NCBI GenBank assembly: GCA_035711625.1 | Contig: DASTCA010000054.1 | Coordinates: 7,993-71,992 of the forward strand | Origin: Gemmatimonadota bacterium | Lineage (GTDB): Bacteria; Gemmatimonadota; Gemmatimonadetes; JACCXV01; JAHWKZ01 | Length of the DNA stretch: 64,000 nt | Direction of reading: 5' to 3' | In this document: piece after piece, positions 37,022 to 47,308 of the stretch | How the letters are laid out: every line of letters begins with the position of its first letter | Numbering within the stretch: position 1 is the first letter of the stretch | Program-made: the position numbers and the translations under genes | The notes under the pieces: model-generated | Told to the model about the DNA's origin: nothing | Seen by the model: the letters and a program-made list of their open reading frames with translations, nothing else | Databases searched by the model: none

Positions 37022-38341
37022 CTAGCGCTCTCCCCGGCCGCGGAGGATCGCAACGAACGATCGGGTGGCGATCTCTTCCGGAGAGAGACCCGTGGCCTCG
37101 ACCTCCGCTTCCGTGATCGCCCCGCACCCCAGTCCCCGCAGGAAGAAGTTGAGGAGCGCCTGGCCGGTCGCCGCGTCGTCGAAGACGTCTCCGGTCAGGG
37201 TGGCGCGCGCCGCGCGTTCGACGAAGCGCGAGAGCCGCTCGGTGGCCGCGGGAAGCGCTTCCAGGTAGAACGCGTACACGGCGGCATAGCGGGTCGGGAG
37301 CTGGGCCGGATGGAGGTCCCATCCCTGATACCAGCCGTGCCGGAGCGAGTGGCGAACGTGGCGGTAGTGGAGCGCCCAGCCGGCGTGGACCGCGGCCCGG
37401 TTCTCCGCTTCCTGCATGCCGGTCAGCGCGCGTCCCTCGGGGGGCCGGTGGGGCGCCGCCGGCATCACATTCGTGGCTCCATCGGAAAGCCATATACCCG
37501 AACCCGATAGGGCTACCTGCATCACATGGCGCGCGAAGTCGCACGCCGGGTGATCGAGGTCCTGGTGGAAGGCCGTGATCCCGAGCGCGGCGGTGTAGTC
37601 GTACACTCCGAAGTGGGCGCCGGCGCACCGGCCGCGGCCCGCGGCGACCAGGTCGGGAAGGGGGCAAGCGCCGTCCGCGCTTAGGATCGAGGCCGGGGTC
37701 TCGACCATGATTTCGATTCGCACGGAGCCCGGGGCGAGCCCCGCCCGATCCTCGATTCCGTCCAGGAGGTCGGCCAGGGCCGCGACTTGCTCGGGTACGA
37801 CGACCTTGGGATTGGTGACGAAGAGCCGCCCGGGGAGAAGCCCGCCGCTCGCCTCGAGGAGCGCCGAGAGGAAGAGGTCGAGTGTGCGGGCCGCTCGCTG
37901 CGCGAGCTCGGCCGTGAACGGCTTCACCCGGATCCCGACGAAGGGCGGCAATGTGCCCTCCGCGAGCCCGCGCGCGACTTCACGGCCCGCGGCTTCCGCC
38001 GCGGCGTCCTCCTCGGGGTCGAGACGGTTGCCGAAGCCGTCCTCGAAGTCGATCCGGAAATCCTCGACCGGCTCGGTCTCGAGCTTCGCGACGACCCGCT
38101 CGTACACGGGCTGAGCGATTGCGGACTCGAGTCCGACCGCATCCGCGAAGCGTCCGGCGTCCGGAGCATAGGCTTCGAGCGAGCGCAGCGCGAGATCGCC
38201 TAGGCGCCGTGCGGTGTCGGCGCGGAAGAGGTCTGCGCCGCCGTAGACGGTGTGGACGGGCTGGCGGGATGCGGGGTCTCCGGGATGGTAGCGCGCCCAC
38301 TCCCGATGGGCGGCGATCGCGCGATCGAGCGGAGTCGTCAC
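37022..38341 (-). CDS. Malate synthase / HpcH-CitE aldolase superfamily TIM-barrel protein (possible glyoxylate-processing enzyme)
   Basis: Motifs IDFEDGFG, GIRVKPF and IEIMVETPASIL. It is the last gene of the minus-strand xdh-like operon, convergent with the urate genes. Assignment is tentative. Confidence 0.45.
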   Translation of the reverse strand: MTTPLDRAIAAHREWARYHPGDPASRQPVHTVYGGADLFRADTARRLGDLALRSLEAYAPDAGRFADAVGLESAIAQPVYERVVAKLETEPVEDFRIDFEDGFGNRLDPEEDAAAEAAGREVARGLAEGTLPPFVGIRVKPFTAELAQRAARTLDLFLSALLEASGGLLPGRLFVTNPKVVVPEQVAALADLLDGIEDRAGLAPGSVRIEIMVETPASILSADGACPLPDLVAAGRGRCAGAHFGVYDYTAALGITAFHQDLDHPACDFARHVMQVALSGSGIWLSDGATNVMPAAPHRPPEGRALTGMQEAENRAAVHAGWALHYRHVRHSLRHGWYQGWDLHPAQLPTRYAAVYAFYLEALPAATERLSRFVERAARATLTGDVFDDAATGQALLNFFLRGLGCGAITEAEVEATGLSPEEIATRSFVAILRGRGER

Positions 38342-39162
38342 GCCCCGCCTTTCCGCGTCGCGTCGAAGAGCACCCGGGCGAGGACGCGCGCGCGATAGTC
38401 CGCAGTCGAGCGCAGGTCATCGATCGGAGCCACGTCGGCGCGAAGCGCGTCGTCCAGCTCTTCAGGGGATCCCGGCAGACCGCGCTCCTCGAGGCGGCGC
38501 TCCACGGCCCGGCAGCGGCGCACGGTCGGAGCCACGCTCGCAGCCACGACGCGCCAGCCCTCTTCCGAACGCGCGACCGCGAGGCCGACTTTCGCGATCG
38601 CCTGAGCGCGTCTGGGCCCGACCTTGACGAAGCGCTGGAGCGCGTGCGCGCGACGCGGGATCCTGATCGCGACGATGAGCTCGGCCTCCCGGCGCGCTCC
38701 CTCGCGATACCCTGAATAGTACGCGTCGAGCGGCACTTCCCGGCGGCCCTGTCGGGACTCCAGGACGATTACCGCCCCGAAAGCCATGAGAACGGGCACC
38801 CCGTCGGCGGCGGGGGAGCCGTTCGCCACGTTCCCGGCCCACGTGCCGCGAGACTGGATCTGGATCGCGCCCACCTGGCGCGCCGCCTCGACGAGGATCG
38901 GGAACTCCGCGCCCACGCGCGAATCCGTGATCACGTCCCAGTACGTCGCGAGCGCGCCGAGCTCGAGAGCGTCCTCGCTCCAGCGGATCCCGCGGAGCTC
39001 GTCGAGGCGCTGGAGGTCGAGGTAGCCCCGGGTGCGTGCGTCGGGCCGGACCGGCCAGTGGACGAGGAGGTCCGTTCCACCGGCAAGGGGGACGAGGGGA
39101 GCGGCCGCGTCGCCGAGGAGCCCGAGTGCAGCCGCCAAGGCGCGGGGGCGTTCGACCTTCAC
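38338..39162 (-). CDS. Xanthine dehydrogenase family FAD-binding subunit (CoxM/XdhB-like, no Fe-S insert)
   Basis: GTG start at 39162 (VKVERPRA...). FAD-binding motifs PLAGGTDLLV and IQSRGTWAGNVANGSP. The listed ORF 38338..39477 is extended upstream. Confidence 0.8.
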   Translation of the reverse strand: MKVERPRALAAALGLLGDAAAPLVPLAGGTDLLVHWPVRPDARTRGYLDLQRLDELRGIRWSEDALELGALATYWDVITDSRVGAEFPILVEAARQVGAIQIQSRGTWAGNVANGSPAADGVPVLMAFGAVIVLESRQGRREVPLDAYYSGYREGARREAELIVAIRIPRRAHALQRFVKVGPRRAQAIAKVGLAVARSEEGWRVVAASVAPTVRRCRAVERRLEERGLPGSPEELDDALRADVAPIDDLRSTADYRARVLARVLFDATRKGGA

Positions 39163-39623
39163 GAGCGGGTTCCCAGCGCGGCCTCGATCCCTTCGATGAT
39201 CCCGTCGTAACCGGTACAGCGGCAAAGATTTCCCGCCATGAGCTCGCGGATCGCATGCGATCGGAGAAGTCCCGGGTTCTCGAGGATCCACAGGCCGGTC
39301 ATGACGACCCCGGGGGTGCACGCCCCGCATTGCGTTGCGCCCGAGGAGAGGAGCGGCCCCAGCCGCGCGGGATCGACGGACTCGATCGTCCGGACCTCCC
39401 GCCCATCGACCTGGAACGCGGGGACGAGGCAGGAGTCGGCCGGGAGGCCGTCGATCCAGACCGTGCACGCCCCGCACTCGCCCTCGCCGCAGCCTTCCTT
39501 CGTTCCCGTCATGCCAAGGTCGTAGCGGAGGAGATCCAGGAGCCGCGCGGCCGGATCGGCCTCGACGGAAACGGCATCCCCGTTCAGCGTGAAGGAGAGC
39601 GGGAGCTCAGGCGATCCGTGCAT
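39159..39623 (-). CDS. Xanthine dehydrogenase family [2Fe-2S]-binding small subunit (CoxS/XdhC-like)
   Basis: Two [2Fe-2S] motifs (CGEGECGACTV and CGACTPG...NLCRCTGY). Confidence 0.85.
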   Translation of the reverse strand: MHGSPELPLSFTLNGDAVSVEADPAARLLDLLRYDLGMTGTKEGCGEGECGACTVWIDGLPADSCLVPAFQVDGREVRTIESVDPARLGPLLSSGATQCGACTPGVVMTGLWILENPGLLRSHAIRELMAGNLCRCTGYDGIIEGIEAALGTRS

Positions 39624-41853
39624 GTCGGCCTTCCGCGCGCCTGTCGAGATCCATCAGCCGCTCGGGCGTCAGCGGGATCTCGGTCGGAGCGACGCCGATC
39701 GCCCGCGCGACGGCGTTGACGACCGCGGGCGCGGGGCCGTCGATGGGCAACTCGCCGAGGCCCTTCGCGCCCATCGGGCCGCCCGGCCATGGGGTCTCGC
39801 CGAAGTGCACGCGGATCGGCGGCAGATCGAAGGACGTCGGCACGATGTAGTTCGTGAGCTGCGCGTTCTGCATCGCCCCGTCCTTCCAGCGACACTCCTC
39901 CATGAGCGCCCATCCGATCCCCTGCGCCACGCCGCCCTGGACCTGGCCCGCCGCGAGCGTCCGGTGAAGGACGGTTCCCACGTCCTGAACCGCGACGAAA
40001 TCGACGACCCTCGTGGCCCAGGTCCTCAGGTCGACCTCGACCTCGGCCACGTAGGCCCCCCAGCCGTACGCCGCGTAGGCGTCGCCCCGATAGGTCGCGT
40101 CGTCCCAGAGAACGCCCCGGGGGGGCTCGTATTCGGCGCGGCCGACGGTCTCCTCGCCTGTGGCGCGGGCGTGCTCGCGCACCGCCTGGCGGATCTCCTC
40201 GCCGCGTGCGTCCGCGGGAAGTCCGAGTCGAAGGCGGAGGTCGTCGCACGCCTCCTCGACCAGTCGCCCCACGATCATCGCCGTGCGGGACGCGACCGTC
40301 GGGCCGCTGTTCGGTACGCGGCCGGTGTCCGCCTCCGCGATCGCGACCTCCGACGGCGCCAGGCCGAGACGCGCAGCCGCGATCGCGGTGAAGATCGTCA
40401 GCGTCCCTTGGCCCATCTCGATGTTCGCGCTCCGCACTTCGACCCGTCCGTCCGGGAGCCCGGCGACGTCCAGCCGCGACGCGAGCATGACCTCGCCGCT
40501 CCCGGTGAACCCCGCGCCGTGGTGAAAGCACGCCAGGCCCATCCCGCGGCGGAGCCACGGATCGGTGCGCGCGAGCTCGGCGTGAGCGGCTTCCTTCTCG
40601 CGCCAGCCGGAGAGATCGACGGCCTGGTCCAGGAGCGCGATCCGGTCCACGCCATCGACGATCCGCTGACCGGTGGCGGTCTCGTCCCCGTCCAGGAGCA
40701 GGTTCCGACGACGCAGCTCGATCGGGTCGAGCCCCGCGGCCGCGGCCACTACGTCCATGTGGCGCTCGTTGGCGAAGTGGGTCTGCGGCGCTCCGAACCC
40801 CCGGAAAGCGCCGTGGGGCGGGCTGTTCGTCAGCATCACGCGGCCGTGGATGCGCACGTTCTCGCAGCGATACGGGCCGGACGCGTGGATGATCCCGCGC
40901 GAAAGGACCACGGGGGAGAGGGTGACGTAGGCACCGCCGTCCATGACCACGTCGATGTCCTGCGCGACGAGGCGACCGTCGGCGTCCACTCCGGTCCGGT
41001 GGCGCACGATCGCGGGATGGCGCTTCGTCGTCGCCTCCATATCCTCGCCGCGGTCGTAGACGATCTTCACCGGACGATCGGCCGCGAGAGTGAGGAGCGC
41101 GGCGTGGAGCGCGATCATCGAGGGATACTCTTCCTTCCCACCGAAACCGCCGCCCGTCGCCGCCTGGACGATGCGTACGCCATCGGGCTCGCGTCCGAGC
41201 GCCCGGATCGCGGCTTTGTGCACATAGTAGGGACACTGCAGGCTCCCCTTGATGAAGACGACCCCGTTCTCCTCCCAGGCCAGCATGCCCTGAGTCTCGA
41301 TGTAGACGTGCTCCTGCGCACCCGTCCGGTACTCGCCCTCCACGACGCGGGCCGCCCTGGCGAGCGCGGTGTCCACATCCCCCTTCTCGATCCGGAGGCG
41401 CTTGAAGACGTTATCCTCGCCGCGCTGGAGCTGGTCGGGTCGCGGGGGCACGGAGACGTCGAGGTAGGGGGGCTCGGGATCGACCTCGATCTCGATCGCG
41501 TGCGCGGCGCGGCGCACCACCTCTCGCGAGGGATGGGCGAGGAGGAGGACGGGCTCGTGAACGTGGCGCACCCGCTCCGCTGCGAGAACCGGCTGATCGG
41601 GCTCGATCAGGAGGACCTCGTTCGCGCCGGGGATGTCGCGGTGGTCGACGACGACGATCTCGGACCAGTCGACGGCCGGGTCGAAGCGGATCTCGCGGAT
41701 CCGCCCGCGGGGGGCGCGGCTTCGCACCGTCATTCCCCACAGCGCGCCGTCGACCTGAAGATCGTCGACGTACCGTTCCCGCCCGGTGAGCTTGGCGAGC
41801 CCCTCGATCCGCTCCATCGACGCAAGTTGGCGAGAAGCCGCGGCGCGAAGCAA
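39607..41853 (-). CDS. Xanthine dehydrogenase family molybdopterin-binding large subunit (candidate xanthine dehydrogenase)
   Basis: 748 aa with molybdopterin-dehydrogenase motifs (GGGFGGK, the AGQVQGG region). Confidence 0.85.
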   Translation of the reverse strand: MLRAAASRQLASMERIEGLAKLTGRERYVDDLQVDGALWGMTVRSRAPRGRIREIRFDPAVDWSEIVVVDHRDIPGANEVLLIEPDQPVLAAERVRHVHEPVLLLAHPSREVVRRAAHAIEIEVDPEPPYLDVSVPPRPDQLQRGEDNVFKRLRIEKGDVDTALARAARVVEGEYRTGAQEHVYIETQGMLAWEENGVVFIKGSLQCPYYVHKAAIRALGREPDGVRIVQAATGGGFGGKEEYPSMIALHAALLTLAADRPVKIVYDRGEDMEATTKRHPAIVRHRTGVDADGRLVAQDIDVVMDGGAYVTLSPVVLSRGIIHASGPYRCENVRIHGRVMLTNSPPHGAFRGFGAPQTHFANERHMDVVAAAAGLDPIELRRRNLLLDGDETATGQRIVDGVDRIALLDQAVDLSGWREKEAAHAELARTDPWLRRGMGLACFHHGAGFTGSGEVMLASRLDVAGLPDGRVEVRSANIEMGQGTLTIFTAIAAARLGLAPSEVAIAEADTGRVPNSGPTVASRTAMIVGRLVEEACDDLRLRLGLPADARGEEIRQAVREHARATGEETVGRAEYEPPRGVLWDDATYRGDAYAAYGWGAYVAEVEVDLRTWATRVVDFVAVQDVGTVLHRTLAAGQVQGGVAQGIGWALMEECRWKDGAMQNAQLTNYIVPTSFDLPPIRVHFGETPWPGGPMGAKGLGELPIDGPAPAVVNAVARAIGVAPTEIPLTPERLMDLDRRAEGRHARIA

Positions 41854-41872
41854 GCCGGACGAGCGGGTTCGC

Positions 41873-44098
41873 CTACGGCGACCGACCGAGCGAAAGGGTC
41901 ACGCGTCCCCGGCCGCTCTCGGCCCGCGACCAGCCAAGGAAGATCGGACCCAGCAGGGTCTCGACGCCCAGCGCCGCGGTGACGGCGAGTCGGATGTCGA
42001 GTTCTTCGTCGAGGGACGGATCCCAGGCGTCTCCGGCTTCGCCCCAGATTCCAACCACCACGGCGCGAAAGGCCGGCGGCAGCTCGGCTACGCGCCGGAG
42101 CCATCCCGCGCGCGCCACCGCGAACGCCTCGCCCCGGAGCTCTCTGTCTCCGTAGCCGGCCAGCGAGCCGAAGCCGCCGAGAAGGAACTCCTCGTGGACG
42201 GGGAGGCGGTCCGCGGGGCTGGACCCTCCCGCCTCTCCACGCGCGAACAGGGTGTGCGGCCCTCGGCTCCAGTAGGCGCGCCCGTCGACCGCGGCGGTCG
42301 TCCAGGACCGCTCGGCGCCGAGCTCCTCGCGCGACGCGCGCGCCGTCACGCTCGCAAAGATCCCGTGCCGGGGGATGCCGACCGCGTCGAGTCGATCGAC
42401 GACGATCGAGGCGCGAAGTTCCGCGGCGTTTTCCGCTACGGTGGGGAATCGATCCGTGAGACCCGGGGCCTCGGGGTCCAGCTCGGAGGTCTCGCGCCCG
42501 CCGCGCACGCCCGCCCGGACCTCACCCGACAGCCCGAGCGCCCTGCCCACCTCGAACCCGGTCAGGATGCGGTGAGTGTCGTACTCGGTGCCGGCGGCTT
42601 CGTTGGGGAACAGCGGGTGCTGAACCTGGACCGCCAGCGCGGACGGCTCGACGAACCAGCGGCCGGCGAAATCCAGCGGCTGGCGGAAGGCGGTCTCCAC
42701 GCCGCTCGTCACACCGGCGCGGAGGTCTACGCGCCACTCGGCGGCCCGCGCCCCGATCCGCGTCCGGACATAGCTGACGATGCCGTCGAACCCGAGGCGG
42801 GGAGATGCCTCTCCGGCGGAGTCCATCGACAGGTCGATTCCGAAGAGCAGGAGATGCGGGCCTCGTGGCTTGTCGTGGGCCTCGATGACGAGCACGGGCG
42901 CGGCGGTGGCAGGCTCCAGGTCGTACCCGACCCGCTCGAGCTCCCCGATCGCGTAGACGCGGCCGGCCGTACGCTCGGCGAGGTCGGGATCGAACCGGGG
43001 GACGAGCTCGGGATCGACGCGCGAGAGCGCGAGCCGGTCGTCGAGCCAGTCCGGGCCGTGGATTTTGACACCCGTGAGTTCCGCGGGCGGACGAGGCCGC
43101 CGAAGGGCGCGAGCCGCGCGATGGTTTTCGTAAGCGTCGGGGGCGAGCGACCACTCGGCCAGCGACGGGGCGTGCGCGCGCGCTGCTCTCGAGCCCCGCA
43201 AGAGGATTTCGTCCGCCTGACGGAAGTCGAAGACTCCGATCTCCTCGAGGTCGGGAGCGATCCCCACGTCGGCGGAGGCGAACTGGCGTTCCACGCCCTC
43301 GTGTCCGAGACGGCGAGCGATCTGCTGCGTGACGCCCACCAGACCGGCCATCTCGTCGCGGCCCAGCAGCGGAGGCGTCACATCGACGGCGATCACGACG
43401 TCAGCGCCCATCCTCCGAGCCAGATCGACGGGAAGGTTGTCCACAAGGCCACCGTCCACGAGGAGCCGGCCGTCGATCTCCACCGGCGCGATCGCGACGG
43501 GGATCGCCATGCTGGCACGCATCGCCCCCACCAGGTCACCTGTGTCGAGGACGACCTCCTCGAATGTCACGATGTCGGTCGCGACGGCCGCGAATGGGAT
43601 CGGCAAGCGCGCGAATTCGTCGACCGTCGCCACCGGCAGCGTGATCCTGCGCAGGAGCAGGCCCAGCTCCTGACCGGAGATGAGCCCCTGCGGGAGCTCG
43701 AGCCCGGCACGAGTGATCCCGACCTCGATCTCGACCGTGTTTCGCCGCTGGCGTGCGCGGTGCGCGAAATCGAGCGCGGAGCGGGGGGGCGCGTCGGTAA
43801 GGATCTGCTCCCAGTCCACGCTCGAGACGAGGAGACGGATGCTGTCCGCCGGCAGGCCGGATGCGTAGAGGCCTCCGACGATCGCCCCCATGCTGGTTCC
43901 GGTGATCACGTCGACCGGGACCCGGAGCTCCTCCAGGACCTCGATGACGCCGACGTGGGCGAGGCCGCGCGCGCCCCCGCCCGAGAGGACAAGGCCGACC
44001 CGGGGACGCTCGAGCGCTCCCGGCTCCTGCACCGCCGCGCCGGCGGCGCACGGGAACGTGGAGAATGCCAGGCTGAGCAGTAGCGCGCGGGTGATCAC
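41873..44098 (-). CDS. Second patatin-like phospholipase with Omp85-type beta-barrel (Type Vd autotransporter, PlpD-like paralog)
   Basis: Signal peptide plus GLVLSGGGARG, GTSMG and DGG motifs, with a C-terminal beta-barrel. It has the same architecture as 13425..15623. Confidence 0.8.
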   Translation of the reverse strand: MITRALLLSLAFSTFPCAAGAAVQEPGALERPRVGLVLSGGGARGLAHVGVIEVLEELRVPVDVITGTSMGAIVGGLYASGLPADSIRLLVSSVDWEQILTDAPPRSALDFAHRARQRRNTVEIEVGITRAGLELPQGLISGQELGLLLRRITLPVATVDEFARLPIPFAAVATDIVTFEEVVLDTGDLVGAMRASMAIPVAIAPVEIDGRLLVDGGLVDNLPVDLARRMGADVVIAVDVTPPLLGRDEMAGLVGVTQQIARRLGHEGVERQFASADVGIAPDLEEIGVFDFRQADEILLRGSRAARAHAPSLAEWSLAPDAYENHRAARALRRPRPPAELTGVKIHGPDWLDDRLALSRVDPELVPRFDPDLAERTAGRVYAIGELERVGYDLEPATAAPVLVIEAHDKPRGPHLLLFGIDLSMDSAGEASPRLGFDGIVSYVRTRIGARAAEWRVDLRAGVTSGVETAFRQPLDFAGRWFVEPSALAVQVQHPLFPNEAAGTEYDTHRILTGFEVGRALGLSGEVRAGVRGGRETSELDPEAPGLTDRFPTVAENAAELRASIVVDRLDAVGIPRHGIFASVTARASREELGAERSWTTAAVDGRAYWSRGPHTLFARGEAGGSSPADRLPVHEEFLLGGFGSLAGYGDRELRGEAFAVARAGWLRRVAELPPAFRAVVVGIWGEAGDAWDPSLDEELDIRLAVTAALGVETLLGPIFLGWSRAESGRGRVTLSLGRSP

Positions 44099-45354
44099 GC
44101 GCGAACGGGGGTCGGGCCCGGTGAGGGGTCGAACGCCTCAGCGCGAGACGCGAAGTCCGCGAAGATCTCCTCCGCCCGTTCCGGGCTCGCCGCGAACGAC
44201 GCGATCCCCACCTTCCCGAATTCGAGTGCGGCGACGGACCATGGGACGACCCCCTCGCCTCGCGCGGGATCGTAGAGGAGACCTCCCGACAGCCGGGCGA
44301 GATCATCGAAGTCCCTGGCAGAACTAGCCACGCTCCGGGTCCGGAAGGCCGCGGGTGTCGGGACTCCGAGCCTTTCCGCGCGCCTCGCGAGGCGACCCAG
44401 GAGCGCCAGCGGGTACGACGCCCCGTTGATCCTCGGGTTGATCTCGGTCAGGAAGTAGCCCGGCAGGCTCTGGCCCGTGCGCTCGACGAAATCGAAGCCG
44501 GCGCGGCCCGCGAACCCGCCCCCACGCATCCAGGCGGCGAGCGCGCGCGCGGACGCGAGCATCTCCGGCAGGCGCCGCGCCCCCGACGGGTGGACGCTGC
44601 CCTGGTAGGCGAGCGCGCCGTCGAGCAGCTGGTCGGTCGCGGCCGCGCGAAGCGCCCCCTCTTCGACGATGACCTCGACGTTGGGCGACGCGGCGGCCTC
44701 GTAGAGGGGCTCGACGACATAGGCCCGGTTGTCCGTCCTGCCGGCGATGGCCTCCAATGACGCCTCGATCCCGCGTGCGTCAGCCGTGAACGTCGAGGAC
44801 CCGGACGCCCCGGACGAGCCGCGGACGATCGCGCGGCCGGTTTCGCTCGACCGTCGCTGGATCGCGGCTCGAAGCGCGGACAGGTCGCTGGACGAAGGGG
44901 CGGGGCTGCCCGAGATCCGGACCACCTCGCCGGGTGCGATCGGGATTCCGAGTCGGCGGGCCAACCGGCGCGTGACGCGCTTCTCGTGCAGCCGGCGAAC
45001 GAGCGCGGGCGGACCACCGAGGAGCCCGGCAGGGCGCGCGAGACGCTCGCCCAGCGCGCGCGAAAGCGCGTCGGCCGCAGGGGTCGCGAAAAACGGGCTC
45101 ACCAGGATCGGCCCGAATCCGATGAGCCGGGACGCGAGTCGATCGAGAGAGTCGGCATCCGCGCAGAGACGCTGGGAGAGCCCGGTGCCGGGCACGACCC
45201 CGGGGATCACGAGCACGTCCTCCGCGCGCGGGCCGATCGACAGAGAGCCGAGGAACTCGAGGTATCCGGGCTCGACCGGGTGGGCGAGGCACACGACATC
45301 ACCCGGTCGGGCGAGGAGGAGCGCCCGCTCGCCGAGCCGTTCGAAGTCCGGCAT
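44095..45354 (-). CDS. ATP-grasp domain protein (PGM1-like); start uncertain (ATG 45354 or GTG 45417)
   Basis: ATP-grasp C-terminal motif FLTEINPRINGASYP. Its stop overlaps the start of the patatin gene. Confidence 0.55.
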   Translation of the reverse strand: MPDFERLGERALLLARPGDVVCLAHPVEPGYLEFLGSLSIGPRAEDVLVIPGVVPGTGLSQRLCADADSLDRLASRLIGFGPILVSPFFATPAADALSRALGERLARPAGLLGGPPALVRRLHEKRVTRRLARRLGIPIAPGEVVRISGSPAPSSSDLSALRAAIQRRSSETGRAIVRGSSGASGSSTFTADARGIEASLEAIAGRTDNRAYVVEPLYEAAASPNVEVIVEEGALRAAATDQLLDGALAYQGSVHPSGARRLPEMLASARALAAWMRGGGFAGRAGFDFVERTGQSLPGYFLTEINPRINGASYPLALLGRLARRAERLGVPTPAAFRTRSVASSARDFDDLARLSGGLLYDPARGEGVVPWSVAALEFGKVGIASFAASPERAEEIFADFASRAEAFDPSPGPTPVRA

Positions 45355-45448
45355 GCGGGTCACGACGACAGGAGCGTCCGGCGCCTCGGAGGGGCTGTGG
45401 ACGAACACGCGTGTCACGCGGGGAGAGCCACCCGCGCGACCCTGCGCC

Positions 45449-46708
45449 TCACGCTCGACCGGTCGCAAGGGGCTCCACCAGCGAGAGGATCGCCCGCACC
45501 TTGCCGCCGGCGCCTGGAGGGATCCGGGCCACGGACTCGACACGGAAGTCGACGCCCGGTCCCAGGAGCGGCGCGACCGCCTTCGAGAGTCCGCGGCCGG
45601 CCTCGTCGTCCACCGGTCCGTGCGGGACGCACCGCAAGACGATCCGCTCCCGGGTCTCCTGGACCAGCTGGTACTGCCGGATCCAGGGCGCAGCGGCGAG
45701 CGTGGGGCCCAGGATCCGATAGGGATGGATCCGGCGACCGTCGGCCATCTCGAAATAGTCGATCGAACGCCCTTCGATGTGGGTCAGCGTGGGTCCGGCG
45801 CGGCCACACGGGCACGCGTCCGGACCGCGGGTTACGACGTCGGTCAACCGGTAGCGGATGAGCGGGGCTGCGAAGGAATCGAGCGCGGTGACCACGATCT
45901 CGCCGGACCCGGAGACCTCGACGGGCCGGCCGTCATGGTCCAGGACCTCGACGAGCAGGTCGCTGCGACCCAGGTGCATGAGCTCGCCGCCGGGACAGTC
46001 CGACGCGAGCAATCCCACCTCGTGCGTCCCGTAGGCGTTGTGGACGGAGGCACCGAACGCGTTCCCGATCCGGGTCCGCGCGACCGTCGTCAGCACCTCT
46101 CCCGAAACCCACACGACTCGCGGACGTATATGCCGCAGCTCGGCGACGGGGATCTCGACGGCAAGGCGATCGACGACGCCCGCCATGCCGCGCAGGAAGT
46201 CGGGGCGTATCTCGGCGACCCGGCGGTGGATCTCCGGTGGATCGAGGCTGCAGTCCACGACCGTCTCCCGCACCAGCTTCAGCGCGGAGAGTGTCCCGAT
46301 CCCGTCGGGTTGAGCTTCCCGGAGCGCGAAGATCGTGGCCACCCGGTCGCCCGTCCGCAGGCCGGCGCGCAGGAGGTCGTCGAGCCAGGTCCTGGCCCAG
46401 CGGGCCTGCTCGGCTCGCGTCCGCCGGATGACGAACGGCTCGCCCGAGTATCCGGACGTCATCGTGGAAACGAGATCGTCCGGATCGACCGTTCGGTCGG
46501 TGATCTCCTCGATCGGGCGCTCCTGGAGATTCCTCTTCTCCGTGAGGGGAAGTCGCCCGATGTCGGCGACCGAACGAATGTCGGAGGGTGTGACGCCCGC
46601 CAGAGTGAAGCGCTCGCGGTAGTACGGCACCCGGCCGTACGCGTGCGCCACCAGCGCCCGCAGGCGCTCGTCCCGGCGCTCGGCGCTCCGTTCGAAAGGA
46701 ATCGTCAT
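45449..46708 (-). CDS. PaaK-like adenylate-forming enzyme (phenylacetate-CoA ligase / F390 synthetase family)
   Basis: Internal ATG (MTIPFERS...) confirmed at 46708. PaaK-type N-terminus (YGRVPYYRERF...GVTP.DIR...L..LPLTEK.NL) plus an AMP-binding core. The upstream 239 codons of the listed ORF are antisense to the hcrC-like gene and rejected. Confidence 0.75.
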   Translation of the reverse strand: MTIPFERSAERRDERLRALVAHAYGRVPYYRERFTLAGVTPSDIRSVADIGRLPLTEKRNLQERPIEEITDRTVDPDDLVSTMTSGYSGEPFVIRRTRAEQARWARTWLDDLLRAGLRTGDRVATIFALREAQPDGIGTLSALKLVRETVVDCSLDPPEIHRRVAEIRPDFLRGMAGVVDRLAVEIPVAELRHIRPRVVWVSGEVLTTVARTRIGNAFGASVHNAYGTHEVGLLASDCPGGELMHLGRSDLLVEVLDHDGRPVEVSGSGEIVVTALDSFAAPLIRYRLTDVVTRGPDACPCGRAGPTLTHIEGRSIDYFEMADGRRIHPYRILGPTLAAAPWIRQYQLVQETRERIVLRCVPHGPVDDEAGRGLSKAVAPLLGPGVDFRVESVARIPPGAGGKVRAILSLVEPLATGRA

Positions 46709-46774
46709 CGAGGAAAGACTGTCCCAGAGGGTCCCGTCGGTGCAAGGACGCCCTGCGCCATTTACCTTGTCCAG

Positions 46775-47308
46775 ATGCGGATCTACAGCCCCGAAACGAC
46801 CGTCGCGCTGCGGCTCACCGTGAACGGAGAGACGCGGACGGTATCGGTCGCGCTCCATCACACCCTGCTCGAGGTCTTGCGGGAAGATCTTGGGCTGACC
46901 GGCACGAAGCATGGCTGCGAGCTGGGGGAGTGCGGCACGTGCACGGTGCTCGTCGACGGGCGCCCGGTCCTGTCGTGCCTGGCGATCCCCGCGGCGATCG
47001 AAGGGCGGAACGTGACGACGGTCGAGGGCATGGAGACGGCGCGCGGCCTCCATCCGCTTCAGCGCTCGTTCGCGGACCTCGGCGCGGCGCAGTGCGGCTA
47101 CTGCACGCCCGGGTTCCTGCTCGCCGCGATGGCGCTCCTCGAGGAATCCCCGGACCCTTCGCGCGAGGAGATCGTCGAGGCCCTGGGGGGGAACCTCTGC
47201 CGCTGCACCGGCTACCTGAAGATCTACGAAGCCGTCGAGCTGGCGGCCGCCCGCATGCGCGGGGAGAACGCCGAACCTGCGCCGGAGACCCTGTATGGCG
47301 ACGTCTGA
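46775..47308 (+). CDS. [2Fe-2S]-binding small subunit of second molybdo-flavo enzyme (HcrC/CoxS-like)
   Basis: Motifs CELGECGTCTV and CGYCTPG...NLCRCTGY. Start is the internal ATG of listed ORF 44729..47308. Confidence 0.8.
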   Translation: MRIYSPETTVALRLTVNGETRTVSVALHHTLLEVLREDLGLTGTKHGCELGECGTCTVLVDGRPVLSCLAIPAAIEGRNVTTVEGMETARGLHPLQRSFADLGAAQCGYCTPGFLLAAMALLEESPDPSREEIVEALGGNLCRCTGYLKIYEAVELAAARMRGENAEPAPETLYGDV

